Assembly (NCBI GenBank): GCA_037308085.1
Contig: CP147779.1
Location: 1,120,001 to 1,184,000 of the forward strand
Origin: Promethearchaeati archaeon SRVP18_Atabeyarchaeia-1
GTDB lineage: Archaea; Asgardarchaeota; Atabeyarchaeia; Atabeyarchaeales; Atabeyarchaeaceae
DNA length: 64,000 nt
Direction of reading: 5' to 3'
Both the position numbers and the translations under genes were made by a program. The notes under the pieces are model-generated. The model worked only from the letters and a program-made list of their open reading frames with translations, ran no database searches and was not told the origin of the DNA. This document shows, in pieces, positions 9,652-17,902 of this stretch. How positions within the stretch are numbered: the first letter of the stretch is position 1; every line of letters starts with the position of its first letter.

Positions 9652-10806
9652 TTGGTTAAGCCTAAGGTTGCAATAGTAGGAGTGGCGCAAACCAAATGCG
9701 AGAGCAAGAAGAACGAAGTTTTCTACGACACCGTATACGAAGCAGCGTCAAAAGCTCTTCAAGATGCAGGAATGGAGCGAAACGAACTTGAAACCGTCAT
9801 ACAAGCCGGGGATGACGTCGCGGATGGGCGCACAATATCAAACATGCATGCTGTCACTGCCGCTGGTGGATACCTAAAGGACGAGAGCAGATGTGGCGAA
9901 GACGGAACATTCTCTCTTGCCTACGCCTACATGAGATTGGCTTCTGGTCTATTTGACACGGCCATGGTTACAGGTAATGGAACCACTGAGTCACCTTTTG
10001 AACTTGTAACGAACCTGGCGTTTGACCATCTTTTTACGAGGGGATTCGGGCTCAGCTGGGTAACTTCCTTCGCAATGAATGCAAACAGCTACATGAAAGT
10101 GACCGGAGTGACTGAGAAACAGGCTGCAAAGGTTGTCGTAAAGAATAGAAGGAATGGTGTGAAGAATCCTTATGCTCACCTTAGAAAAGCGGTCACTATG
10201 GACGAAGTCTTGCGGTCGCCAATGGTTTCATATCCATTGAAGAAACTTGACCTTCCGCCGTCATCATCAGGTGCATGCGCAGTCGTTCTGGCATCGTCTG
10301 AGTATGTTAAGAGAATTACCGATAACCCAGTCTGGATAGACGGGTTAGCATGGAATGTTGGCTCATATTACTTCCAAGATGCGGAGCCGGGAGAACTGCT
10401 TCCATTACGTTGGGCTTCTGAGAGAGCCTACAAGATGGCTGGAATAGAGAATCCTCCAGAAGACCTGCAGGTCGCTGAACTCCACGACATAACATCCTAC
10501 CACGAACTCATGGAGTATGAAGCGCTCAAGTTCTGCGATAAGGGTCGTGGGGGTGCGACAATTGACGAAATGGACGAAGACGGGCGAATAGGCGAGGTTA
10601 CAGTTAATCCGTCAGGCGGCGCTCTCTCATCGCATCCACACCACGCAGCGGGTCTCTTCAGGGTCGTTGAGGCGGCTCTTCAGCTTAGAGGAGACGCGGG
10701 CAAACACCAGGTCAAAGGCGCTAAGAAAGCGCTGGCTCACGGTATAACTCACATCGCAGGGGCTGCATCGATGGGACACGGTGTAGTCATCTTGCGCGGG
10801 GAGTAA
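9652..10806 (+). CDS. Thiolase-fold protein, Ltp4-like
   Basis: Thiolase fold with DESRCGEDGTFSLAYAY instead of the xxCxSG motif; NPSGG; SHPHHAAG. Confidence 0.8.
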   Translation: MVKPKVAIVGVAQTKCESKKNEVFYDTVYEAASKALQDAGMERNELETVIQAGDDVADGRTISNMHAVTAAGGYLKDESRCGEDGTFSLAYAYMRLASGLFDTAMVTGNGTTESPFELVTNLAFDHLFTRGFGLSWVTSFAMNANSYMKVTGVTEKQAAKVVVKNRRNGVKNPYAHLRKAVTMDEVLRSPMVSYPLKKLDLPPSSSGACAVVLASSEYVKRITDNPVWIDGLAWNVGSYYFQDAEPGELLPLRWASERAYKMAGIENPPEDLQVAELHDITSYHELMEYEALKFCDKGRGGATIDEMDEDGRIGEVTVNPSGGALSSHPHHAAGLFRVVEAALQLRGDAGKHQVKGAKKALAHGITHIAGAASMGHGVVILRGE

Positions 10807-10824
10807 AGGAGGGAGAGCGAAAGA

Positions 10825-11991
10825 ATGGTAGTAAACAAGGCAGCTATAATTGGTACCGGCTTGACAAAAACCGCCACAAAAAGAAGGGAAGTCACGCACC
10901 CAGACATAACATATGAGGCTGTGACAGCAGCTTTGAATGATGCGGGCATAACGCTGAAAGATGTTGATGCCGTTGTCTATGGCTGCATGGATCCATTTGA
11001 TGGAGTTGAAGCTCCTGACAGGTGGGATGCCGACTCAACTGGTGCTCCTCTTGGTAAACCCTATATGAAAATATCTACAGGTGGAACTACTGGAGGCTCA
11101 GCGGCTCAGGCAGGTTATTATCACGCAGCCTCAGGTCTCTTCGATGTGGTGCTGGTTGTCTGCTGTCAGAGAGTCGGTGAGTGCGAGGACGCACAACTTG
11201 TACTCAACACGGCGGTGGACCCGATTTACGAGAGGGAGACTGGGGCTGGAGCAATAACTGTTGCGGCGCTGCAGGGCGCAGCCCACATGGCGAAATATGG
11301 GACGAAGATGGAGCATTTTGCAATGGTTGCAGCCAAGAACCATGAGAATGCTTTCAACAACCCTAATGCTCACCTGCACTTGCACATGGCTGTCAAGGAT
11401 GTCATGAACTCTGGCGTCATCTCTTGGCCATTGACTCTCTACATGTGTTGCCCAAGGTCAGATGGGGCAGCGGCTGTCATATTTGCCTCAGAAAAGAAAG
11501 CGAAGCAACTATGCAAGGAGCCTGCTTGGGTTAAGGGTGCTGGTTCAATTTCAGACGCCTATTCAATGGGAGAGCATCCAGACTTTGCCGACTGGGATAC
11601 GCTGGAAATACTTGGCAGACGAGTGTACCGCAAGGCGAAAATATCAAACCCTCTTAAGGACTTCCAAGTGGCTGAGCTCTACGAAGCATTTGCGTGTCAA
11701 GAGGTACTGGAGTATGAGGCACTACGCTTCTGCGGCAAAGGTGAAGGGGGAAGTCTCGTGGAGAGTGGCTTGACAAGCATGAAGGGGGATCTTCCAGTAG
11801 ACCCGTCAGGTGGGGTCCAGGCTACTAACCCAATAGGTGCCACGGGGCTGATCAGAGTGGCTGAAGCGGCTCGTCAAGTCATGGGGAAAGCGGGTCAAAT
11901 GCAGGTATCCAACGTTCAGACAGCCTTAGCGCACGCGTGGGGAGGCGCGGTATCACTTCACACGATGATGATCCTGTCTAGAACGCCTTAG
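10825..11991 (+). CDS. Thiolase-fold protein, Ltp3-like (no nucleophilic Cys)
   Basis: KISTGGTTGGS, ELYEAF, TNPIGATG, HAWGG. Confidence 0.8.
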   Translation: MVVNKAAIIGTGLTKTATKRREVTHPDITYEAVTAALNDAGITLKDVDAVVYGCMDPFDGVEAPDRWDADSTGAPLGKPYMKISTGGTTGGSAAQAGYYHAASGLFDVVLVVCCQRVGECEDAQLVLNTAVDPIYERETGAGAITVAALQGAAHMAKYGTKMEHFAMVAAKNHENAFNNPNAHLHLHMAVKDVMNSGVISWPLTLYMCCPRSDGAAAVIFASEKKAKQLCKEPAWVKGAGSISDAYSMGEHPDFADWDTLEILGRRVYRKAKISNPLKDFQVAELYEAFACQEVLEYEALRFCGKGEGGSLVESGLTSMKGDLPVDPSGGVQATNPIGATGLIRVAEAARQVMGKAGQMQVSNVQTALAHAWGGAVSLHTMMILSRTP

Positions 11992-12082
11992 AGACATTTG
12001 GAGGAGCCACAAGACAAGTTGGGTAATCAGATCAGAATCAAGATGATCAAGAAGTGTGGGTAGAAGAGGTGAAGGTAGAGTC

Positions 12083-12580
12083 ATGAGTAGTGGGAGCAAA
12101 GATGTTGAAAAAGAGAAGAAAGAAGTATTCCTAGAGTTTCCCGGCAGATGGAACATCCCTTACGTACACTCTGCCGGTAGAGCAGCAACAAAGTTCTTCA
12201 CCGAGCTAAAGAACAAGAAGATCGTGGGGAACAAGTGCCCCAAATGCAACAGGGTTCTGATCCCTCCGAGGAGTTTCTGCGAGAGATGCTTTGTTCCGAC
12301 AACAGACTGGGTTGAAGTAAAAGACACTGGAGTCATTACGACTTTCACTATATGCTACGTTCAGTTTACAGGTTTGCCCAAACCTCCTTATGCCCTTGGT
12401 GGCGTCAAACTTGAAGGCGCTGACACGAGTCTGTTCTGGTTCATCGGAGGAGTACCGCTTGGAAACCAAAAGGAAGACTTCAAGAAAATGCCGATAGGTT
12501 CAAAGGCCAAAGCCGTCTGGAATGAAGATAGAAAAGGCGCAATGAGCGACATCAAATACTTCAAGCCATTGGGAATTTAG
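12083..12580 (+). CDS. DUF35 Zn-ribbon/OB-fold protein
   Basis: CPKC..PPRSFCERC plus OB-fold, LEGADT. Confidence 0.9.
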   Translation: MSSGSKDVEKEKKEVFLEFPGRWNIPYVHSAGRAATKFFTELKNKKIVGNKCPKCNRVLIPPRSFCERCFVPTTDWVEVKDTGVITTFTICYVQFTGLPKPPYALGGVKLEGADTSLFWFIGGVPLGNQKEDFKKMPIGSKAKAVWNEDRKGAMSDIKYFKPLGI

Positions 12581-12636
12581 CAGAAAAACAGATTATGAGT
12601 AGAGAACGTCGGCTAGTAGCGTTGGTGGTGTTAACT

Positions 12637-13812
12637 ATGAGTTCGGTGTTCTTCACTGAGGAAGAAAACAAGTTTCGAGAAGAAGTTAGAGAATTTGCGA
12701 GGAAAGAGATTGAGCCAATAGCTCAAGATATAGAGAAAAAAGATGGATATGACCTCATCAGGAGGTCTTTCAAGAAGCTTGGAGCACGTGGTTTCCTCGG
12801 GGTTTTACACCCAAAGGATGTTGGAGGATCCGCTAGGGGAGTAGCTTACGAGGTAATTGTTGGAGACGAGATCGCCTATGCGAGCGGCTCGCTTGATCTT
12901 TGCCGAGCGGCCTCGGTATGCCTATATGGCATGCCTCTGAACAGATTTGGAACGAAAGAGCAGAGGCAAAAGTACTTGGCTCCGGTAATAAAGGGCGAGA
13001 AGATTGGAGCCATAGGTATAACTGAGCCTGATGTTGGCTCAGACACGGCCGGCATGAAGACCAACGCCAAGAAGGAAGGGGACCACTACGTCTTGAATGG
13101 CGAGAAACGTTTCATAACCAATGGCAGTCAGGCTGATTTTCTCTGCATATTCGCAATTACGAACGCAAAGGCACACCCGCATCAAGGGATGTCGGCTTTC
13201 ATAATTGAAAAAGGGATGCCTGGGTTCAGCGCATTGAAAGACTACGAGCTAATGGGGTTAGACGGAGCGAGGGTCTCGCACCTAAAGTTCGAGAACGTAG
13301 AGGTTCCAAAGGAGAACCTGCTCGGAGCGGAAAGCTTCGGCTTTCCAATATTGATGGATGAACTTGACAGCGAACGAACGGCAATTGCAGGTCAACTCAT
13401 AGGTGGAGCCAGAGCAGCCCTAGATATCGCTGTGAAGTACTCGACTGAGCGAGTCCAGTTTGACCAGACCATAAGCAGGTTTGAGGGAGTGAGCTTCAAG
13501 GTTGCAGACATGGCGACGAGAATAGAGGCGTCGCGATTGCTGACGCTCGAAGCGGCTAGAAGGCTCGACAAGGGTCTTCCAGCGACGAAGCATGCGACGA
13601 TGGCTAAACTCTTCGCGTCGGAGACTGCAATCGACGTGACCTACCAATCGCTTCAAGTCCTCGGGGGAATAGGCTACACGAAGGAGTATCCAATGGAAAT
13701 GCTAGCCAGAAATGCTAGGCTCGCCACGATCGGCGGCGGAACTGCTGAGATATGCAGATTCCTAATCCAAAGAGAAGTCTATAAGGAATTTAAGGGCAGC
13801 AAGAAGAAGTAG
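12637..13812 (+). CDS. Acyl-CoA dehydrogenase (IVD/LCAD-type), close paralog of 7649..8821
   Basis: ITEPDVGSD, NGEKRFITNG, ELDSER, IGGGT. Confidence 0.93.
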   Translation: MSSVFFTEEENKFREEVREFARKEIEPIAQDIEKKDGYDLIRRSFKKLGARGFLGVLHPKDVGGSARGVAYEVIVGDEIAYASGSLDLCRAASVCLYGMPLNRFGTKEQRQKYLAPVIKGEKIGAIGITEPDVGSDTAGMKTNAKKEGDHYVLNGEKRFITNGSQADFLCIFAITNAKAHPHQGMSAFIIEKGMPGFSALKDYELMGLDGARVSHLKFENVEVPKENLLGAESFGFPILMDELDSERTAIAGQLIGGARAALDIAVKYSTERVQFDQTISRFEGVSFKVADMATRIEASRLLTLEAARRLDKGLPATKHATMAKLFASETAIDVTYQSLQVLGGIGYTKEYPMEMLARNARLATIGGGTAEICRFLIQREVYKEFKGSKKK

Positions 13813-14378
13813 GACAAGCCAAGAGGAACTAGTTCGTCCCCTCAAAAGAGGAGAATCCCAGTTGGTCTGCTGATTTTCTCTCAATCTTCATTCACCTCCT
13901 TCGAGTCAATGATCGAAAGCAAGACGGAGCAAGAGGCGAGCACAAGGCATGACGGCAACTATGTTGCCAACTGGTACTGCCAAAGCCAATTACGGCGTTG
14001 CCACCACCGACAGCGAGAAGACACGGCTGATATGAATAGAGAAATATGGTGGCGTTTAAGTTCCACAGGCATCCGCAAAATCCGAATACTTGTAGGCAAG
14101 GGGCTTCTGGGATCAACGGTGTGAGTCGAAAAGGTCTCACGACTTCGAGACAAACTTATCGATCCAAACGCAATCGCCTTGCCTCACTTGGCAATGCCTC
14201 CGAACTCTTCGCCTCAGCTGGAGCAACTCTATGTATGTCCAACCTTTACAAGTTTTCCGAAGCTTCGGCACTCCAGAAATCATTCTTTGCGGAGATATTC
14301 TTTAATTAGCCAGATAAAACCTAGTATGAACGGCATCTTCGCAGGTATTGCTTTCATCGTCACGAAGGTCAAGATAAG

Positions 14379-15548
14379 ATGACCAGTGCTAGGGACATTC
14401 TCAACAAGCTCACGTGGGACAAGAGGTTCAGTACACAGAATTATGCCGTGGTTTTCGTGCATAGGGGAGCGCCTCACGACCTCAAAGTTGTTAAGGCCAG
14501 CGCAATCAGGGAAAAGGGCAAGAGCTTCTTCATGATCGAGGAGGACACGATGATACCTTACCACAGGATTCGCGCCATCAGAGACCTAAAGAGTGGAGAA
14601 GACATATACTCCAAGAACGAAGGGGTACCGTTTCCACTTCGCGAGATCGAAGGACAGGAGGGACTCGGAGAATTCCAAGACGAAGCCCACAGTGGTACTC
14701 GAATCGAATTGGATGGTGAATATGGATCCACTATTCGCTGCGCAGCGAGGCTGTCTTTTCCCGAGGGTGATCCCGAGTCTTTCAGGGCGCGAGTTAGAGA
14801 CGGAGTAACAAAGTTTGGCTTGGTTGAACTGTCCTTTTTCCGTTACACTGGCGAACCAGAGGAATCTGAGAGATACGAATCCATGGTGGATTTTGCCTCA
14901 AAGGTCATTGCTGAGGCACACTTGGACGTTATCTCTCTTCACCTGCCAAGTATCAACATTCTCAACCGGTCGAGGACGAGGAGGATGCTAGATACATTTC
15001 TACCGTTCTGTACGCAGGTCGACTGCAAGAGCATTGTTGTACATCCAGGGATACTCGATGTGCAACACCTCTCTAAACTAGATAGGATTCGGGCAAGATC
15101 AGACCTCGCAGAATTCCTGAAATCAATCTCGCGTGAACTCTCAGAAAGCAAAATCATCCTCTCCATCGAAACCTACCCTGAACAAAACAGAGTGCCTTCC
15201 GGAACACCAGACATGCATGATTTTGTGTCCGCTCTGAGTCCGTCTTGCCAAATAGCGTACGACACTTCCCATACTATGGGGAGTACTGATTCTGTAGTCG
15301 AAGACATTATCAGGTGCATCGAAAAGATCAACGTCTTCCATTTCTCCAATCGATGCAGAGATGAACGGCACATGCCGATCTTCAGTTCCAGAGGCGATCT
15401 GAACTTCACTTCGATTATTGACGCGATAAAATCTGCGGGGTTCGAAGGGATGATAGTCCTCGAATACCAGCCAAAGAAATACAGAATGCTTCTCGAACGC
15501 GACTTAAGGTCACTTAGAGACGCGATCCGCCAGCGTGCGACGTGCTGA
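14379..15548 (+). CDS. Fusion: DUF504/MJ1316 domain + AP-endonuclease-2/xylose-isomerase-like TIM barrel
   Basis: N-term RDILNKLTW..HRGAP..IPYHRI; C-term SLHLP, VVHPG, IETY, YDTSH, FHFSN, ERHMP, LEY. Confidence 0.8.
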   Translation: MTSARDILNKLTWDKRFSTQNYAVVFVHRGAPHDLKVVKASAIREKGKSFFMIEEDTMIPYHRIRAIRDLKSGEDIYSKNEGVPFPLREIEGQEGLGEFQDEAHSGTRIELDGEYGSTIRCAARLSFPEGDPESFRARVRDGVTKFGLVELSFFRYTGEPEESERYESMVDFASKVIAEAHLDVISLHLPSINILNRSRTRRMLDTFLPFCTQVDCKSIVVHPGILDVQHLSKLDRIRARSDLAEFLKSISRELSESKIILSIETYPEQNRVPSGTPDMHDFVSALSPSCQIAYDTSHTMGSTDSVVEDIIRCIEKINVFHFSNRCRDERHMPIFSSRGDLNFTSIIDAIKSAGFEGMIVLEYQPKKYRMLLERDLRSLRDAIRQRATC

Positions 15549-15607
15549 CACGAGAAGACAAAAAAAGAGAGATTGTAGGAAAGTTTCCCCATTTCTGAAT
15601 CGGAGTT

Positions 15608-15988
15608 CTATCCTAGTGGAATCACGCCCACAGTCATGGCAAGCTTCGTAAACATGCCTATCTCGTTGCCGGCGCCGTAGATCATTAGTTTTCCTTGTTC
15701 TAACAGGGAACCGCTACCAATCGGCTTGGCCTTACCCGAAATCATGTCATTCCAAGCGTCTGGCTCAACCTTAAGTGTAAGATCTGGCGCTGGGTATAAC
15801 CCACTTCCGAACTGTGCGCCATCTGGTCGGAAGACGATGTGAAATTCCTTTTCTCCGATCTGGAAGTTGTGGATCTTACCGTAGTATCCCTTGAGCCATG
15901 ATTTCAGGATGTCCTTTGCTTTTGGGTTCTTGTTGATAGAGTCAACAAGCTTCTTGAACCCAGCTTCAACTTTTTGTAAGTCTACCAT
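15608..15988 (-). CDS. SCP2 sterol/lipid-binding domain protein
   Basis: PDLTLKV..DAWNDMISGK....LEQGKLMIYG pattern. Confidence 0.75.
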   Translation of the reverse strand: MVDLQKVEAGFKKLVDSINKNPKAKDILKSWLKGYYGKIHNFQIGEKEFHIVFRPDGAQFGSGLYPAPDLTLKVEPDAWNDMISGKAKPIGSGSLLEQGKLMIYGAGNEIGMFTKLAMTVGVIPLG

Positions 15989-16009
15989 AACCAACTCTCC
16001 TTTGGTTCT

Positions 16010-16258
16010 CTACTTTCCAGCAAATTCCTTGAGGGCATCTAGGCATATTCGCCGCAGATTGCCGGCAGAGATGCTACCGTACTTCTCGGTCATCTTCTCT
16101 TCTAGCTTCTCAACAACTTCGTCGGGCAGAACTAGATCCACGTGGACCTTGTTGACGTCGAGGAACCATCTGGCCATGCTACCGAAGTAGGCGTGTTCTA
16201 CCATCCATTTGGACAAATCTTCTTTCCCTATACGAGGTTTTCCAAGCCACTCGCTCAT
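16010..16258 (-). CDS. Small hypothetical protein, possible C-terminal ribbon-helix-helix
   Basis: Tightly spaced in operon with RBS-like upstream sequence; VHVDLVLPDEVVEKLEEK..KYG pattern. Confidence 0.55.
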   Translation of the reverse strand: MSEWLGKPRIGKEDLSKWMVEHAYFGSMARWFLDVNKVHVDLVLPDEVVEKLEEKMTEKYGSISAGNLRRICLDALKEFAGK

Positions 16259-16272
16259 TGTTTGACTTCCCC

Positions 16273-16566
16273 CTACTTCACAAGAACGTACTCCGCATCC
16301 ATAGCTGACTCGGAGTAGACTCCCTTTACTTTGTCAATTCTCTTGATACCTTTCGAATCCTTCATGAGGATCATGAACCCCATAGGCCAGTCAAGTGCTA
16401 TTCTCTGGATGTCGCCCTTCTTTCTGCCGACCTCGATCAATCCTCCGCCTGTCACCCAGTTCTCAATGACGATCTTGCAGAATTCTTCTGATTTTATTCC
16501 AGCGGCCTTGGCAAACTCGTCGATTTTTGCTTTTACCTGAGGGGTTATCTCAAATGCAATTGGCAT
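16273..16566 (-). CDS. Small hypothetical protein, possible N-terminal ribbon-helix-helix (CopG-like)
   Basis: IAFEITPQVKAKIDEFAKAAGIKSEEFCKIVIENW; operon spacing. Confidence 0.55.
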   Translation of the reverse strand: MPIAFEITPQVKAKIDEFAKAAGIKSEEFCKIVIENWVTGGGLIEVGRKKGDIQRIALDWPMGFMILMKDSKGIKRIDKVKGVYSESAMDAEYVLVK

Positions 16567-16590
16567 TATTCTTCTCACTTCCTCCTTTCT

Positions 16591-17304
16591 TCATTTCTTC
16601 CGCAGTGCAGCCCTCACATATGGCTTGCCCCAGTACTCGCTGAATGCAACGCCTTCAAATGGATATCTTGTGGGTCCGAGTGCCCTTGACCTCTCTGGAA
16701 CGCCTAGACAGAAAGCCGTTATTGGGCGCCAACCGTATGGGATACCAAAGTGCTTCATGACCATGTCGCGTCTGCGATCATCGCCTATGCATGGAAAACT
16801 GTCCCAACCCGCGCCGATTCCCAGCCCTGTTGCAGCCAGCCACATGTTCTGCATAGCCATCGCAAAAGCGGAGTCAGTTATCTCGCGTATCGACGAAGGA
16901 ACGTAAGGTATATCGTAGTACTGGTCTGAAGTGCAAGATAGAAGCACCACGTCAGAGTTCTCAGGGTACCTGAATAGAGAGCCGTCGAACATACCCTCAA
17001 CCGTATCCACTCTCGCTTCTGGTGCAACATACCAAAGTCGGTCCGCAGGCATATCATACTTAGCCATTCCAAAAGCCAGCGCAGATGTCTCTTGAGCTAA
17101 GTCAGCCAGCAGTTTCTTGGACTCTGGATCTCGGATTACGATCCACTTCCAAGGCTGAATGTTCTCTGGTGAAGGAGCTTGCCTTCCAGCATCAATTATC
17201 CTTTCCACGACATCGTCGGGTACTTTTTCATCTTTCTTGAAGTGCCTTATGGTTCTCCTAGAATAGATCGCTTCGAAAACATCCAAAGGCTTTGACACCT
17301 CCAT
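16591..17304 (-). CDS. Nitroreductase-family flavoprotein
   Basis: SRRTIRHF, APSPENIQPW, AMQNMWLAATGLGIG. Confidence 0.9.
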   Translation of the reverse strand: MEVSKPLDVFEAIYSRRTIRHFKKDEKVPDDVVERIIDAGRQAPSPENIQPWKWIVIRDPESKKLLADLAQETSALAFGMAKYDMPADRLWYVAPEARVDTVEGMFDGSLFRYPENSDVVLLSCTSDQYYDIPYVPSSIREITDSAFAMAMQNMWLAATGLGIGAGWDSFPCIGDDRRRDMVMKHFGIPYGWRPITAFCLGVPERSRALGPTRYPFEGVAFSEYWGKPYVRAALRKK

Positions 17305-17902
17305 GTTGACTAATTCGCTTCTATTTTATAACAAGGTTAAAAGCATATTGGGTAGAAAATCGCGGCTTACCTCGGATGAAATCCAATCCACTGCCACTCA
17401 GAACAACCTACTATTAGCTGTTTGCCAGGAAACCCCGTTAGCCTGATGCTCAACCGACGTGAAATGGACTTGATGCAATACATTTCATACAGTTGGGGAG
17501 AGATTGGTCAGCTACCCGCCGCTGAAGCTTGCGGGCTGGCAACTCGAGGATTTCGCAATATCTCATCCAAGGTGTCTGCTCTCTAATGTGGCCAGCAATT
17601 ATGGCCTTATTCGTGGTTGGCATCTTGGAACGATTCCAGTCCCTGAACTCAAAAATGTGGACATCTGTCGGAATCTCGGGGGGAGTTGAAGAAATCTGGC
17701 GAGATTTAGCATCAAAGTCACCAGGGTTTTTGAAAAAGACTCGCTGGCATGAGTTTTTCCCGAGGTAGGCGCTTTAGCAGTTCTGCGCCTTCCCAGATCT
17801 TTTCACCTCTTTTCGTCGTAGACTCTTTCTCCATTAAAGTGCAGAGATCTGAGAAGAGTGTGCCCGCAGGCATTCAGTATTTCGCCACAATCTCTTTGTA
17901 CG

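Noticed and set aside
13813-14378. Several short overlapping ORFs in a 560-bp gap
   Set aside because: No recognisable motif or RBS; hydrophobic fragments in different frames may be a decayed gene but cannot be supported
17305-17902. 600-bp intergenic region with 61- and 79-aa ORFs; possible ncRNA
   Set aside because: No family resemblance, repeats or convincing structure by eye
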